Positions 9,176 to 18,264 of a stretch of DNA of 64,000 bases are shown piece after piece; the first letter of the stretch is position 1; every line of letters begins with the position of its first letter. Location: assembly GCA_963778115.1 (NCBI GenBank), contig CAVZSV010000004.1, forward strand, positions 576,001-640,000, given 5' to 3'. A program made the translations under genes and the position numbers. Under the pieces are notes generated by a model. It ran no database searches, was not told the DNA's origin, and saw only the letters and a list, made by a program, of their open reading frames with translations. This stretch comes from an uncultured delta proteobacterium (GTDB taxonomy: Bacteria; Bdellovibrionota; FAC87; UBA2466).

Positions 9176-10732
9176 TTAGTGCGGACTTACCGGTCGTCCG
9201 CCCTGTTGGGATTGTTGGGGACCACCGTGATTCTGCATCATCATCATCGCAGCAGCAGGGTTAATACCGCCAGCCGCACCACCCGCACCCGAACCGCTAT
9301 TCATGCTCATGGCGAGTGCCATGGGATCCGGACCCTGCGGCTGATTTTGTTGACCAGCATTGGGGTTCTTTGCGGCGGCAATCGCATCGGCACGAGCTGA
9401 ATCTTCTTTCTGACCCGTAATCGCATTGGCGGCAACGATACAACCATGCTCAGGACCTTGCTTTACGTCGTTAGACGCGGCATTCGCGGAATCAAGGACG
9501 GTTTGCAGACAAGTTAAGATCTGTACTCGTAAGTTTTCAGGATTCTTCGTTTCCGAACTTACGTTTTGCTCACAAGTCTTTGCAGCGGAAGTTACACGCG
9601 TTGCAGCTTGCGATCCGGTATCCGTGCAATTGGCTCCCTGTTTAATATCGTTTGCCAATTTCTCTTCTTGGGCAACCGCTTGACCGTTAACTCCAAGATT
9701 ACCGTAACCAACCAACATGTCTTGGGTCTGTCTACTAAACTTTTTCTTGTTCGTGCGGCAGTTATTAGCATCATAAGCCGAAACCGTTTGAAGATCAGCG
9801 GCCACTCGACCGGCTTGCTGGTCAATCATCTGGACGGCTTCCGCAGAGGTTGCGGCCAATTTGGCATCGTTATTTTTCATGGTCTTAAGTTTGGCCAAAA
9901 TACCGTTCTTGGGTTCCAAGAAAAACGCCCAGGTCTCGACTCGAGCGGCTTGAGCGGCGTCTTTAATTCCAGAAACGTTCTTTTGAATAAACTGAAGCAT
10001 CATTTTGGGATCTTTGCTGGCGGCCAAAAGCTGCTCCATCCCATCTGGAATGAGTTTCTGAACGTCACCACCTACTTTGCCCATGCGATCGGCATAGACC
10101 GCAGCCAAATTCTTATCAAAAGCATCTTCGGCTTTCTTGCGATCGTCTTGGCCATCGGTGCGCATCTTGGTTTGAATTCTCGTCACCAAGTTATCAAAAC
10201 CCGCTAAGTCTTGTTTCAAAGTCGAAACATCGACCGTTTTGCAACCATCGGGAAGTTGATTGGGATCCAATTTCGCCCCAACCTGCTGTGCCACACCACT
10301 GGAATTAGCAACCATCGCATTGGCCGCGTCTTCCGTTTTCTTGGCATCATTCACACGTTTGGCAAGCTGCGTATCCACGTTGCTTTGCGCGTCTTTCTTC
10401 ATCTTATTGTAATTGGCAATTTTTTCTCGGTACTCGTTGAATTGAGCAATCGCTTCTTTCATCCCTCGGACCGAGACCCAGAGATCGAACATTTTCTTTT
10501 CTTCGGGAGACATCTGCTGAGTGTTTGGAGCGCCGTTACTGGCGGCATATCCCGCTTGGATATCTCCTTGCACTCGGGCGAGTTGCGTAGGGAAGTTGTT
10601 TAGAGCATTTTGGGAAGGATCTCCGTTGATTTCCTTTAGGATAGATTCTCCGTGATTTACCGACGGCAGCAGCAGTAGTACTGCTACCGCTACTTTCGAG
10701 AACTCTATCCGAACTAAGTTTCTGTTCTTCAT
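9176..10732 (-). CDS. Secreted helical/coiled-coil orphan protein with Cys pairs and Q/G/M-rich tail
   Basis: Long ORF, signal peptide after MKNRN start, GGAG RBS, own promoter and terminator. Confidence 0.75.
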   Translation of the reverse strand: MKNRNLVRIEFSKVAVAVLLLLPSVNHGESILKEINGDPSQNALNNFPTQLARVQGDIQAGYAASNGAPNTQQMSPEEKKMFDLWVSVRGMKEAIAQFNEYREKIANYNKMKKDAQSNVDTQLAKRVNDAKKTEDAANAMVANSSGVAQQVGAKLDPNQLPDGCKTVDVSTLKQDLAGFDNLVTRIQTKMRTDGQDDRKKAEDAFDKNLAAVYADRMGKVGGDVQKLIPDGMEQLLAASKDPKMMLQFIQKNVSGIKDAAQAARVETWAFFLEPKNGILAKLKTMKNNDAKLAATSAEAVQMIDQQAGRVAADLQTVSAYDANNCRTNKKKFSRQTQDMLVGYGNLGVNGQAVAQEEKLANDIKQGANCTDTGSQAATRVTSAAKTCEQNVSSETKNPENLRVQILTCLQTVLDSANAASNDVKQGPEHGCIVAANAITGQKEDSARADAIAAAKNPNAGQQNQPQGPDPMALAMSMNSGSGAGGAAGGINPAAAMMMMQNHGGPQQSQQGGRPVSPH

Positions 10733-10858
10733 CTTCAACTCCGCATCAACAAACGCCACATCTGCACTAAACTGAATAAAGGTCTCCGTCCCTTGCATTC
10801 AAGGGAGTAGAAACCGACAACTCCACCCAAAGGCAGAGATGCTCCGGAAGCTTTGGAT

Positions 10859-10875
10859 TGCAAAGGCTACGCCAA
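10859..10875 (-). promoter_or_regulatory. Sigma54 -24/-12 promoter
   Basis: Minus strand TGGCGT-AGCCT-TTGCA. Confidence 0.65.
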
Positions 10876-11092
10876 TGAAACAGCAAAGCGAATTGAAGCT
10901 AAATGGCGAGAGCAGAAAAAGGGAGGGTGCCGAAAAGCGCTGAAGGGTACCGAGCAAGCCCCTATGATTTCAAGGAGTTCAAAAATGCATCAACTCTTAG
11001 TACATCGACCAGTTCATAGACATTGTTTCTATTCTTTAAGAATACGTAAGGAGAGAAGAACCAAGACTCAAAAACAGTAATGCCCCAAGAAG

Positions 11093-11169
11093 CTGACAGA
11101 GAGGCCCAGAAGCGGCATCCCGCTTCGCCTTCGGCTACGCGGGACAAGTCCCCCTCTAAGATCTGTCAG
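11093..11169. repeat. REP-like palindrome
   Basis: CTGACAGA/TCTGTCAG outer arms; inner TCCCGCTTCGCCTTCGGCTACGCGGGA hairpin. Confidence 0.55.
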
Positions 11170-11214
11170 TGTCCTTCACTAATGCATTGCGTTACTTGAG
11201 AAAATCACAGCGCC

Positions 11215-11243
11215 TTGCCAACCCTAATTTAATTGGCTATACC
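11215..11243 (+). promoter_or_regulatory. Sigma70-like promoter
   Basis: TTGCCA-17 nt-TATACC. Confidence 0.55.
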
Positions 11244-11245
11244 TC

Positions 11246-11416
11246 CTTGCAATGAGTCAACTAGATGGTACGTCGCGATAGGGTTTTCCCTCTCGGAGAG
11301 CTATCATTAGTAGGTAAGAAGTAAGTAAGAATTGATTGAGTTTTTCCTAGTTGACCTAAAAGCTTTGCAAGAAAAAAAGCCCAATTTCGAAGACTTCTTC
11401 GGGTTGGGCTTTTTTG
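11246..11416 (+). ncRNA. Candidate structured small RNA or leader, family unknown
   Basis: Promoter upstream, terminator downstream, GTCAACTAG/CTAGTTGAC closing stem, branched GATAG/CTATC domain, no long ORF. Confidence 0.45.
11372..11416. terminator. Bidirectional-type intrinsic terminator
   Basis: AAAAAAAGCCCAA...TTGGGCTTTTTT. Confidence 0.85.
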
Positions 11417-11504
11417 TCACTTCGCATTAAGCACCTCTTCGTCTTTTCGATAATCGGACTTCGTAAATTTGCTTATTCTTCCGATACGATAGACGAGGAA
11501 ATCC

Positions 11505-13886
11505 GTGCGCTCACCCGTCTGGAACAAATACCGAGAATTTCGAACACGACTGGGCCAACGTGTGGAATTTTTGGCAGCAACCTTTGAAGGTCGCGGAAAA
11601 GGCGAGAACCATTCGCCCAGCAGTGTGAGACGCCGCAAGATCGCAGCCCACTACATCTACAACGTTTTATTCTCATTAGTAACTTCACTTACCCTTTCCC
11701 AGTCAGGCCCGATTAATTTTGATGTCCTCACCCCTTCTGCTGGTGACATCGCCGAATCCGACGTCGTGTCTCCGTTTACGGCAGATCTGGAGCCAGGCAC
11801 CCTTAGCAAAGATCACGAAAGCGATCTCGAACGTAATACGGCTCCCGTTTTCGATTATGATGAGAATCAATTCGAAAGTTGGCTAACCCGTTGGCAAAAT
11901 GCATTTGAAAGAATTCGCGCAATGCACTATTCGGGAAAGCCTCCTAAGAGGAATGCTCCCCTTCCTTCAATGTTAACGAACGAACTGGCCGTTCTCACAG
12001 GGCAACTCATTCCCGAAAGTAATGTCCAGTTCCTCCACGAGCAACACTTTTCCAAATACGTTGAACATGAATTCTTAGAGTTGGGCCGCAATCTCTTGGG
12101 ACGGCTTATTTCGCCATCCAATCTGTTCCCCACCTACTACAATACGGGAATTAGAGTTCGGCTTCTCAATCAGTACCGCAGAGAAGCGGTCATCCACGAT
12201 GTCTCTCGCGTCTGGAGTGTCGACCAGGCGAAAGAGTACTTGGCTCGCATTCAAGCGCAGGAAAGAAGAAAAACACCGGAGAGTGACGGGATATTAGACG
12301 CGGTCAACGCTGCTATCGTTCCCAATCTGCGGCTTAATCAGTCTCTCACCCAAGAAAGCATCGCTAAAACTTTGCACCGCGCGCGGCAAAATACTATTAG
12401 CGTAATGCGAGGCCAAATTGTCGTTCACCGAGGAGAGCGAGTCACCGAGGAACAAGCGCAGATTTTGGAATCCATCAAAGCATTAGCTTCTCAAAATGCT
12501 TCCATAAAAAGATTTTTCCTCTCCTTTCTCCTACTTTTTGTTTTCTTTACCGTTCTTTTCCGGCTCAATATCACCGGTCGTGCCTTTTGGAACCTTACGC
12601 TCAAAGACGCCTTGGTCTTTCTCATTGTAACGGTGGGAGAGTTTCTCTGCTTCCGATACTCGCTGGGTGCCGTAAGACACGTCTTTTCACCCATTAACAT
12701 CGGTTTTGGGGTGGAATACGTCCTGCCCATTTCGGCTGGCGCTCTGATCATCCATCTATTGATGGGGAAAGAGACGGCTTTCACGTTTGCGACCCTGACC
12801 AGTATCGTTCTGGGATATCTACTTGATCGAAATTTCTATTTCACCGTTTATGCTTTCGCCGTAAGTGCCGCGGCCATCCAGAGTATTCGCTCGTGCAAGA
12901 TGCGTACGGATCTCTATAAGTGCGGGGCGTGGAGTGGTCTGGTGGGTACTTTGCTGGTGCTGGCATTTTCCCTGACTCAAGCCATCGGGTTTCACTCCAC
13001 CGATTGGTCGGCCCTATTTATCAGTCTAGGCCTCGCATTCGCCTCTGGGCTATTCGCCGCAATTCTAACTGGAACTTTGATTCCGGTCTTTGAGACGATC
13101 TTTGGCTATACGACCAGCCTTAAACTACTTGAGCTTTCGAATTTTAATCACCCTTTGCTGCACAATCTCATGATGAAAGCCCCAGGGACTTATCACCATT
13201 CCGTCATCGTAGGAAGTTTAGCCGAGCTTGCCGCCGATCGAATCGGTGCAAACTCCTTGCTAGCTCGGGTCTCGTCGTACTATCACGACATAGGAAAGAT
13301 GAATAAGCCGCTTTACTTTATCGAGAATCAAGCCCCTGCCCACAACGCCCACGATGCGCTACAACCTAGCATGTCGGCCAAGATCCTCTTTTCTCATGTA
13401 AAAGACGGGGTAAAGATGGGACGCGAACACAATTTGGGGGTTTCCATTGTCAGCATCATTGAACAGCACCACGGAACTACCTTAGTCTCTTACTTCTTCA
13501 ACAAAGCGAAGAAGAACGAAAATCCGGAAATGGATACCGTCGACGAAAGCAATTTCCGCTATCCAGGCCCCAAGCCGCAAACGCGCGAAGCCGCTATCGT
13601 GATGCTAGCTGACGCTTGTGAAGCGGCAACCAGAAGTATATCCGAGCCAACGGCCGCCAAGATCCAAAGCATGATTCACAACATTATCTCGAGAAGATTT
13701 ATGGAAGAGCAGTTCTCGGAGTGCGATCTTACCCTTCGCGATTTAAAAATCGCCGAAGATTGTTTCGTGCGAACCTTAGTCTCGCTCTATCATCACAGAA
13801 TCGAATACCCGGGACAAACCGCGGCAACCGCAAAGATTCCCGGCGAGACAACTGCTTCCCACTCCAACAAGAAAGCACAGGGATAG
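11505..13886 (+). CDS. 7TM-HDIG metal-dependent phosphohydrolase (PgpH-like cyclic dinucleotide phosphodiesterase family)
   Basis: Extracytoplasmic domain, multiple TM helices, APGTYHHS, YYHDIGK, HHGTT, GPKPQTRE, LADACEA; upstream of ybeY. Confidence 0.92.
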   Translation: MRSPVWNKYREFRTRLGQRVEFLAATFEGRGKGENHSPSSVRRRKIAAHYIYNVLFSLVTSLTLSQSGPINFDVLTPSAGDIAESDVVSPFTADLEPGTLSKDHESDLERNTAPVFDYDENQFESWLTRWQNAFERIRAMHYSGKPPKRNAPLPSMLTNELAVLTGQLIPESNVQFLHEQHFSKYVEHEFLELGRNLLGRLISPSNLFPTYYNTGIRVRLLNQYRREAVIHDVSRVWSVDQAKEYLARIQAQERRKTPESDGILDAVNAAIVPNLRLNQSLTQESIAKTLHRARQNTISVMRGQIVVHRGERVTEEQAQILESIKALASQNASIKRFFLSFLLLFVFFTVLFRLNITGRAFWNLTLKDALVFLIVTVGEFLCFRYSLGAVRHVFSPINIGFGVEYVLPISAGALIIHLLMGKETAFTFATLTSIVLGYLLDRNFYFTVYAFAVSAAAIQSIRSCKMRTDLYKCGAWSGLVGTLLVLAFSLTQAIGFHSTDWSALFISLGLAFASGLFAAILTGTLIPVFETIFGYTTSLKLLELSNFNHPLLHNLMMKAPGTYHHSVIVGSLAELAADRIGANSLLARVSSYYHDIGKMNKPLYFIENQAPAHNAHDALQPSMSAKILFSHVKDGVKMGREHNLGVSIVSIIEQHHGTTLVSYFFNKAKKNENPEMDTVDESNFRYPGPKPQTREAAIVMLADACEAATRSISEPTAAKIQSMIHNIISRRFMEEQFSECDLTLRDLKIAEDCFVRTLVSLYHHRIEYPGQTAATAKIPGETTASHSNKKAQG

Positions 13887-13893
13887 CAATCAA

Positions 13894-14367
13894 GTGTTTC
13901 GCCTTAGCATCAATGTCCACTGCCGTTTTCCTCCCAGTTATCGAAGGTGCCTTTCAAAAAGCGCTCACGCGGCATTAGCTGCCATTCCGATAGCCACAAA
14001 ACGAAGACTTCTCAAACATCGAATCGCCCCACACCTCGTCGAAATCTCAGTGATAAGTCCTCAAACCATGCGAAAGCTGAATCGGCGCTACCGAAAAAAA
14101 GATCGACCTACCGACGTTCTTTCTTTTTCGGAATTAGAAGGACAACCCATTCCTTCGGTGCATTCTAGAATTGGGGAAGTCCTTCTTTGCTGGAGTGTCG
14201 CTCAAAGACAGGCCAACGAATCAAAGACTACCGCGCGAAATGAGGTCGAAATGCTAGTAGTCCACGGAGTTCTTCATCTTTTTGGTTACGATCACGAAAA
14301 GGACAAAAGACAGGCCAAAAGTATGTTTTCTCTTCAGAATAAAATTCTAAAATCTATTCGCGGATAG
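13894..14367 (+). CDS. ybeY: rRNA maturation RNase YbeY
   Basis: PTDVLSF and HGVLHLFGYDH. Confidence 0.93.
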   Translation: MFRLSINVHCRFPPSYRRCLSKSAHAALAAIPIATKRRLLKHRIAPHLVEISVISPQTMRKLNRRYRKKDRPTDVLSFSELEGQPIPSVHSRIGEVLLCWSVAQRQANESKTTARNEVEMLVVHGVLHLFGYDHEKDKRQAKSMFSLQNKILKSIRG

Positions 14368-15562
14368 CTTCGATAGGATCAAGGGTCGAGGCCTTTTGGG
14401 CGGGATACAAAGTCGCCAAAAAAATGAGAACCACCGCGACCGCATAGATAAGAACGAGCGCCATCGGGCGAATCTCCACCGGAATACTTCGATCATAGTA
14501 GAAAGCAGGAAGTTGAAAGGTGGAAAAAAATTTCAGATAAGACAAGATCACGACCGTCAAAAAGGCCCCCAACAAAAGGCCTATTCCCCCCAAGAAAGCT
14601 CCCTGCCATATAAAGATATTTCGCACCTGCCCCGCCGAAGCACCGATAGCGCGAAGGATTCCGATGTTCTTCCGCTTATGGTTAGCATGCATCATAAGCG
14701 TAATAACAATATTCATGACCGCAATGAGAATCGCAAAACTCAAAATGGTAAACATAGAATACTGCTCTAACTTCAAAGAATGAAAAAGGGCTGAGTTAAA
14801 CTCTGTCCAACTTTGAACGGTCCAATCGGCTGGAAGTAGGGCCGCTACTTTAGCCTTTAACCTCTGCCCTTCATCGGCTGAAGTCGCCCATAGGTGCCAG
14901 CCTGAAATCGAGTTCCCCTTCTTAAGCAAGTACTGGGCGTCGCTGAGATCCAAGAAAAGATATTGCTCATCAAAGTCGTAGTGACCTGACTTATACAAGC
15001 CTGACACTTCATACGTCTCCGATTGCGGCATGGTGCCCATCACTCCCGTTCGTTCGAGCGGAGACATGATACGAACCTGGCTTCCCACATCGGCATCAAG
15101 ACGATAGGAGAGCTCGGACCCAACGACGAGTTGAGGGAGTTTACTCTTTTTGGAGGGTGCCCTTCCCTCTACCAGTTTATCACCCATGGCGACGAATTCC
15201 TGGGGAGGAACTCCCCACACCACGGCTCCGATGGCTCTTCGGTCCGACTGCACAATCATTTCCGATTCCAAGTACGGAACCGCGCGAACGATTCCTGGAA
15301 TTTTCTGGAAAGTTTCGGTCCAAGGTTCATATTTCGAAATAAAGGAGCTGCCATCCACGGGCTTAATCATTAAATGAGGGTAGGCAGTAAGAACGCGATC
15401 TCTTAGAGTCGATTCAAATCCGTACATGACCGAAAGTAGCGAACTCATAGCACCAATCCCTACCCCAATGGCAAGCCATGCAAAAAAGGTCATCGCGCTA
15501 AAGGTTCCTTTTTCGGTTCCCTTAAGCATAAATCTCCAAGCTACCCAGCGCACGACGTTCAT
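14354..15562 (-). CDS. Lipoprotein-releasing ABC transporter permease LolC/E family
   Basis: SVMYGF, IGILRAIGA, LYPA..A..LDP.EA; true start MNVVRW overlaps upstream stop. Confidence 0.9.
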   Translation of the reverse strand: MNVVRWVAWRFMLKGTEKGTFSAMTFFAWLAIGVGIGAMSSLLSVMYGFESTLRDRVLTAYPHLMIKPVDGSSFISKYEPWTETFQKIPGIVRAVPYLESEMIVQSDRRAIGAVVWGVPPQEFVAMGDKLVEGRAPSKKSKLPQLVVGSELSYRLDADVGSQVRIMSPLERTGVMGTMPQSETYEVSGLYKSGHYDFDEQYLFLDLSDAQYLLKKGNSISGWHLWATSADEGQRLKAKVAALLPADWTVQSWTEFNSALFHSLKLEQYSMFTILSFAILIAVMNIVITLMMHANHKRKNIGILRAIGASAGQVRNIFIWQGAFLGGIGLLLGAFLTVVILSYLKFFSTFQLPAFYYDRSIPVEIRPMALVLIYAVAVVLIFLATLYPAQKASTLDPIEAIRE

Positions 15563-16100
15563 TGATTGTATTCCTGCTGCGGAACCTGTTCGCCGTCCGG
15601 CATTTGCGGCGGAGGGGGCGGCACCGGCGGTTGGTACTCTTCGTCGGAATTCCCGGATTCGGGATAAATGGGGGGCGGAGGCGCTAATTCTCCCCCTTCG
15701 GGCGCGGGTTGAAAGCCGCCCGTGTTGCCATCCCAAACGTTGTTCCCTTGAGGCGGGGGAGGCGGTGGATAATAGGTATCATTATTTACGGGGGAGGAAA
15801 ATAAGACTCGCCTTGAGGCGGAACATTTCCCGGCCCCCCTTGCGGTGGTTGCACGATCGGCGATTTCCCCTGCGGCATCTGTCCCGGCTTCGGGGTAATA
15901 TCATCAGACAATGGTCCGGAACTACTGGGAATCGAAGGTGAATTGTCGGGAACGAACGCCGGCTGCTCGTGATGCATGGCTGGTGCTGGAACACTATTGG
16001 AAATAGCTGGGGTCTCAGGCGTCGACTTATTACGGTGGATCGCCCAATAGCCAACACCCAAAGTAAGAAAAAATAGTACGGGCCAAATCCATCGCGGCAT
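15559..16100 (-). CDS. Membrane-anchored proline-rich protein with apparent frameshift at 15790-15794
   Basis: N-terminal TM; adding one C to the C5 run continues as VNNDTYYPPPPPPQG...QQEYNQ and stops overlapping the lolC/E ATG. Confidence 0.7.
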
Positions 16101-16205
16101 TTACCCATTCTCGACGAATCTCCTGCGAATGACAATAATAGGATCCCTTGACGTCGTTTTGATCCTTTTGCAAACCCCCGCCATTCTGCTAAAAAAGAGT
16201 TAAAG

Positions 16206-17846
16206 ATGGCTAATTCACAGACAAAAATGACCAAGAATGATGACACTACCGAGATTCCAACGATTCACTGGGCAGATCACGCAGCAACAGAGCTGATAGA
16301 AAAAGATCCCCATCAGAGCCGATTCGTCTGCGCTTCAGGGATCTCACCCAGTGGCATCATCCATATAGGGAATTTCCGTGAGGCCATTACGGTAGCTTTC
16401 GTAGTCAGAGCACTCAGAGATAGAGGAAAAGAGGTCCGGGCAATCCATAGCTGGGACGATTTCGATGCCTTAAGAAAAATTCCTCCGTATTTGCCAAATC
16501 AGGAGCTACTGCAAGCCAACTTAAGAAAGCCGCTTGCCAAAGTGCCCGATCCTTATGGAGGAGCCGGTTCCTACGCTGCCCACTTTGAAGACCGTTTTGA
16601 GAAGAGCTTGAAGGAAACAGAGATAGACGCCGAGTGTATTCGCCAAAACGTTCCGTACCAGGCGGCTTACTATGCTCAAGGAATCAAAGACGCCATCGCC
16701 AATGAGAAGACTATCATTGAGATCTTAAATCGATCGCGAACGGAACCTCTTCCGGCGAACTGGACCTGTTTAAGCATCTTTTGCAAACAATGCGATCGAG
16801 ATATTACTGAGCTACTTCAATTCACCCCACCCGCCACGGTGAAATACCGGTGTAAGCCGTGCAAAAAAGAGTTTGAAGTCTCTGTCGACGAACCCAATTC
16901 GGGCGTCAAATTGTTATGGCGAGTGGATTGGCCCATGCGGTGGACCAAGGAAAAGGTAGATTTCGAGCCTGGCGGTAAAGATCATTCTTCACAGGGTGGG
17001 TCATTTGACACTGGGGCAGAGATTATCCGAGCCGTCTGGAAACGCGAGCCCCCGTTCTACGTCCAGTACGATTTTGTGGTGGCTAAGGGGCTAGGGGCAA
17101 AGCTCTCCTCATCTTCGGGAGTGATGATAACGCCTGATGAGGCGCTAGCCATCTATGAACCGGCTGTCTTGCGTTGGATCTTCGCCAGCCGAAAACCTAA
17201 CCTCGACTTTTCCATAGCCTTCGATTTGGACGTCTTAAAAACTTACGACGATTTCGACAGAACGACTCGAATTGCTCTTAAGCAAGAGCAGGCCGAGGAG
17301 AGGAAACATAATTACGAGAGACGAATCTACGATCTCTCTCGGACTTCGCACTATCCTAAATCGAGCGAAGCCCCAAAAAGCTTCGGCCAATTCCCTTTCC
17401 GACATCTGTGTAACATATTGCAGATCCATCAAGGAGATGTGAGCAAAGCTAAAAATTTCTTTTCTTCGGTGATCACTTCCCAAGCAGACGAGGTTCGTTT
17501 TGATCTTAGGGCCGTACGCGCCTGGAAATGGATAACCGAATTTGCCCCTCCTGACTTTCGCTTTTCGTTACGAACCGCGGAAAACCCGTCGCCAAAGGCA
17601 AAATTCGTTCCTGCTGTCACGGACCTAGTAAAACTTCTCGAAGAGATCGGGGACACCTCTATTACAGAAGAGGACCTAGCGGGAAGAATTTACACCATCA
17701 TGAAGACGCACCAGCTGGAACCGAAAGCTTTTTTCCAGGATGTTTATTCGGTTTTAATTGCGAAAACGAATGGGCCGAAATTGGCGTCGTTTTTGATTGC
17801 GTTGGGGCTGAAGAATGCGGCGGAGAGGATAACGAAAGCGATCTAG
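16206..17846 (+). CDS. lysS: Lysine--tRNA ligase, class I
   Basis: HWAD, ASGISPSGIIHIGNFRE, WRVDWPMRW, FEPGGKDH, KLSSS, GPKL. Confidence 0.95.
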   Translation: MANSQTKMTKNDDTTEIPTIHWADHAATELIEKDPHQSRFVCASGISPSGIIHIGNFREAITVAFVVRALRDRGKEVRAIHSWDDFDALRKIPPYLPNQELLQANLRKPLAKVPDPYGGAGSYAAHFEDRFEKSLKETEIDAECIRQNVPYQAAYYAQGIKDAIANEKTIIEILNRSRTEPLPANWTCLSIFCKQCDRDITELLQFTPPATVKYRCKPCKKEFEVSVDEPNSGVKLLWRVDWPMRWTKEKVDFEPGGKDHSSQGGSFDTGAEIIRAVWKREPPFYVQYDFVVAKGLGAKLSSSSGVMITPDEALAIYEPAVLRWIFASRKPNLDFSIAFDLDVLKTYDDFDRTTRIALKQEQAEERKHNYERRIYDLSRTSHYPKSSEAPKSFGQFPFRHLCNILQIHQGDVSKAKNFFSSVITSQADEVRFDLRAVRAWKWITEFAPPDFRFSLRTAENPSPKAKFVPAVTDLVKLLEEIGDTSITEEDLAGRIYTIMKTHQLEPKAFFQDVYSVLIAKTNGPKLASFLIALGLKNAAERITKAI

Positions 17847-17848
17847 GA

Positions 17849-17883
17849 AGGTTAAGATTGAGGTTAAGATTAATCCTTAACCT
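17849..17883. repeat. Short palindrome with duplicated arm between convergent genes
   Basis: AGGTTAAGATT at 17849 and 17861, then inverted AATCCTTAACCT. Confidence 0.7.
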
Positions 17884-17899
17884 TATGGTATGTAGGGCG

Positions 17900-18187
17900 T
17901 TACCAATAAAATGTCTTTACGGTACAATCCCCCCTCACCCTGGTCTGACAACTAATTCTATCGGCCTCTGAATTCTTCTCTTTTCTAAGCAGGCGTCGTT
18001 CGAAATCCGTTTGGGCAGAGAGATTACCGCCTCCTTCCACCACTTGCATATTGCACCGTCCGCAGACGAACTCCGCGTTACAAGATGACGCCACGGGCAA
18101 CCCCGCCGTGAGCGCCGCATTAAAAAGCGTGGTATTTAGGGCAACTTCGATGGATTTTCCAGAGGGCAAAAAGGTCACAATAGGCAT
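17900..18187 (-). CDS. 2Fe-2S ferredoxin
   Basis: C-x5-C-x2-C (CNAEFVCGRC) and RISCQ. Confidence 0.9.
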   Translation of the reverse strand: MPIVTFLPSGKSIEVALNTTLFNAALTAGLPVASSCNAEFVCGRCNMQVVEGGGNLSAQTDFERRLLRKEKNSEADRISCQTRVRGDCTVKTFYW

Positions 18188-18264
18188 GGGCCGCCCTTCC
18201 CCCATAAGGTATACTTAAAGAACTTTGTCCGGCCTGATTTCGTCACAACAAGAAGAATAACACC

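Noticed and set aside
9566..10603. Plus-strand ORFs of 213 and 130 aa
   Set aside because: Antisense shadows of the secreted protein gene
15563..15736. N-terminal extension of the lolC/E ORF in the ORF track
   Set aside because: Off-frame reading of the upstream Pro-rich gene; the real start is at 15562
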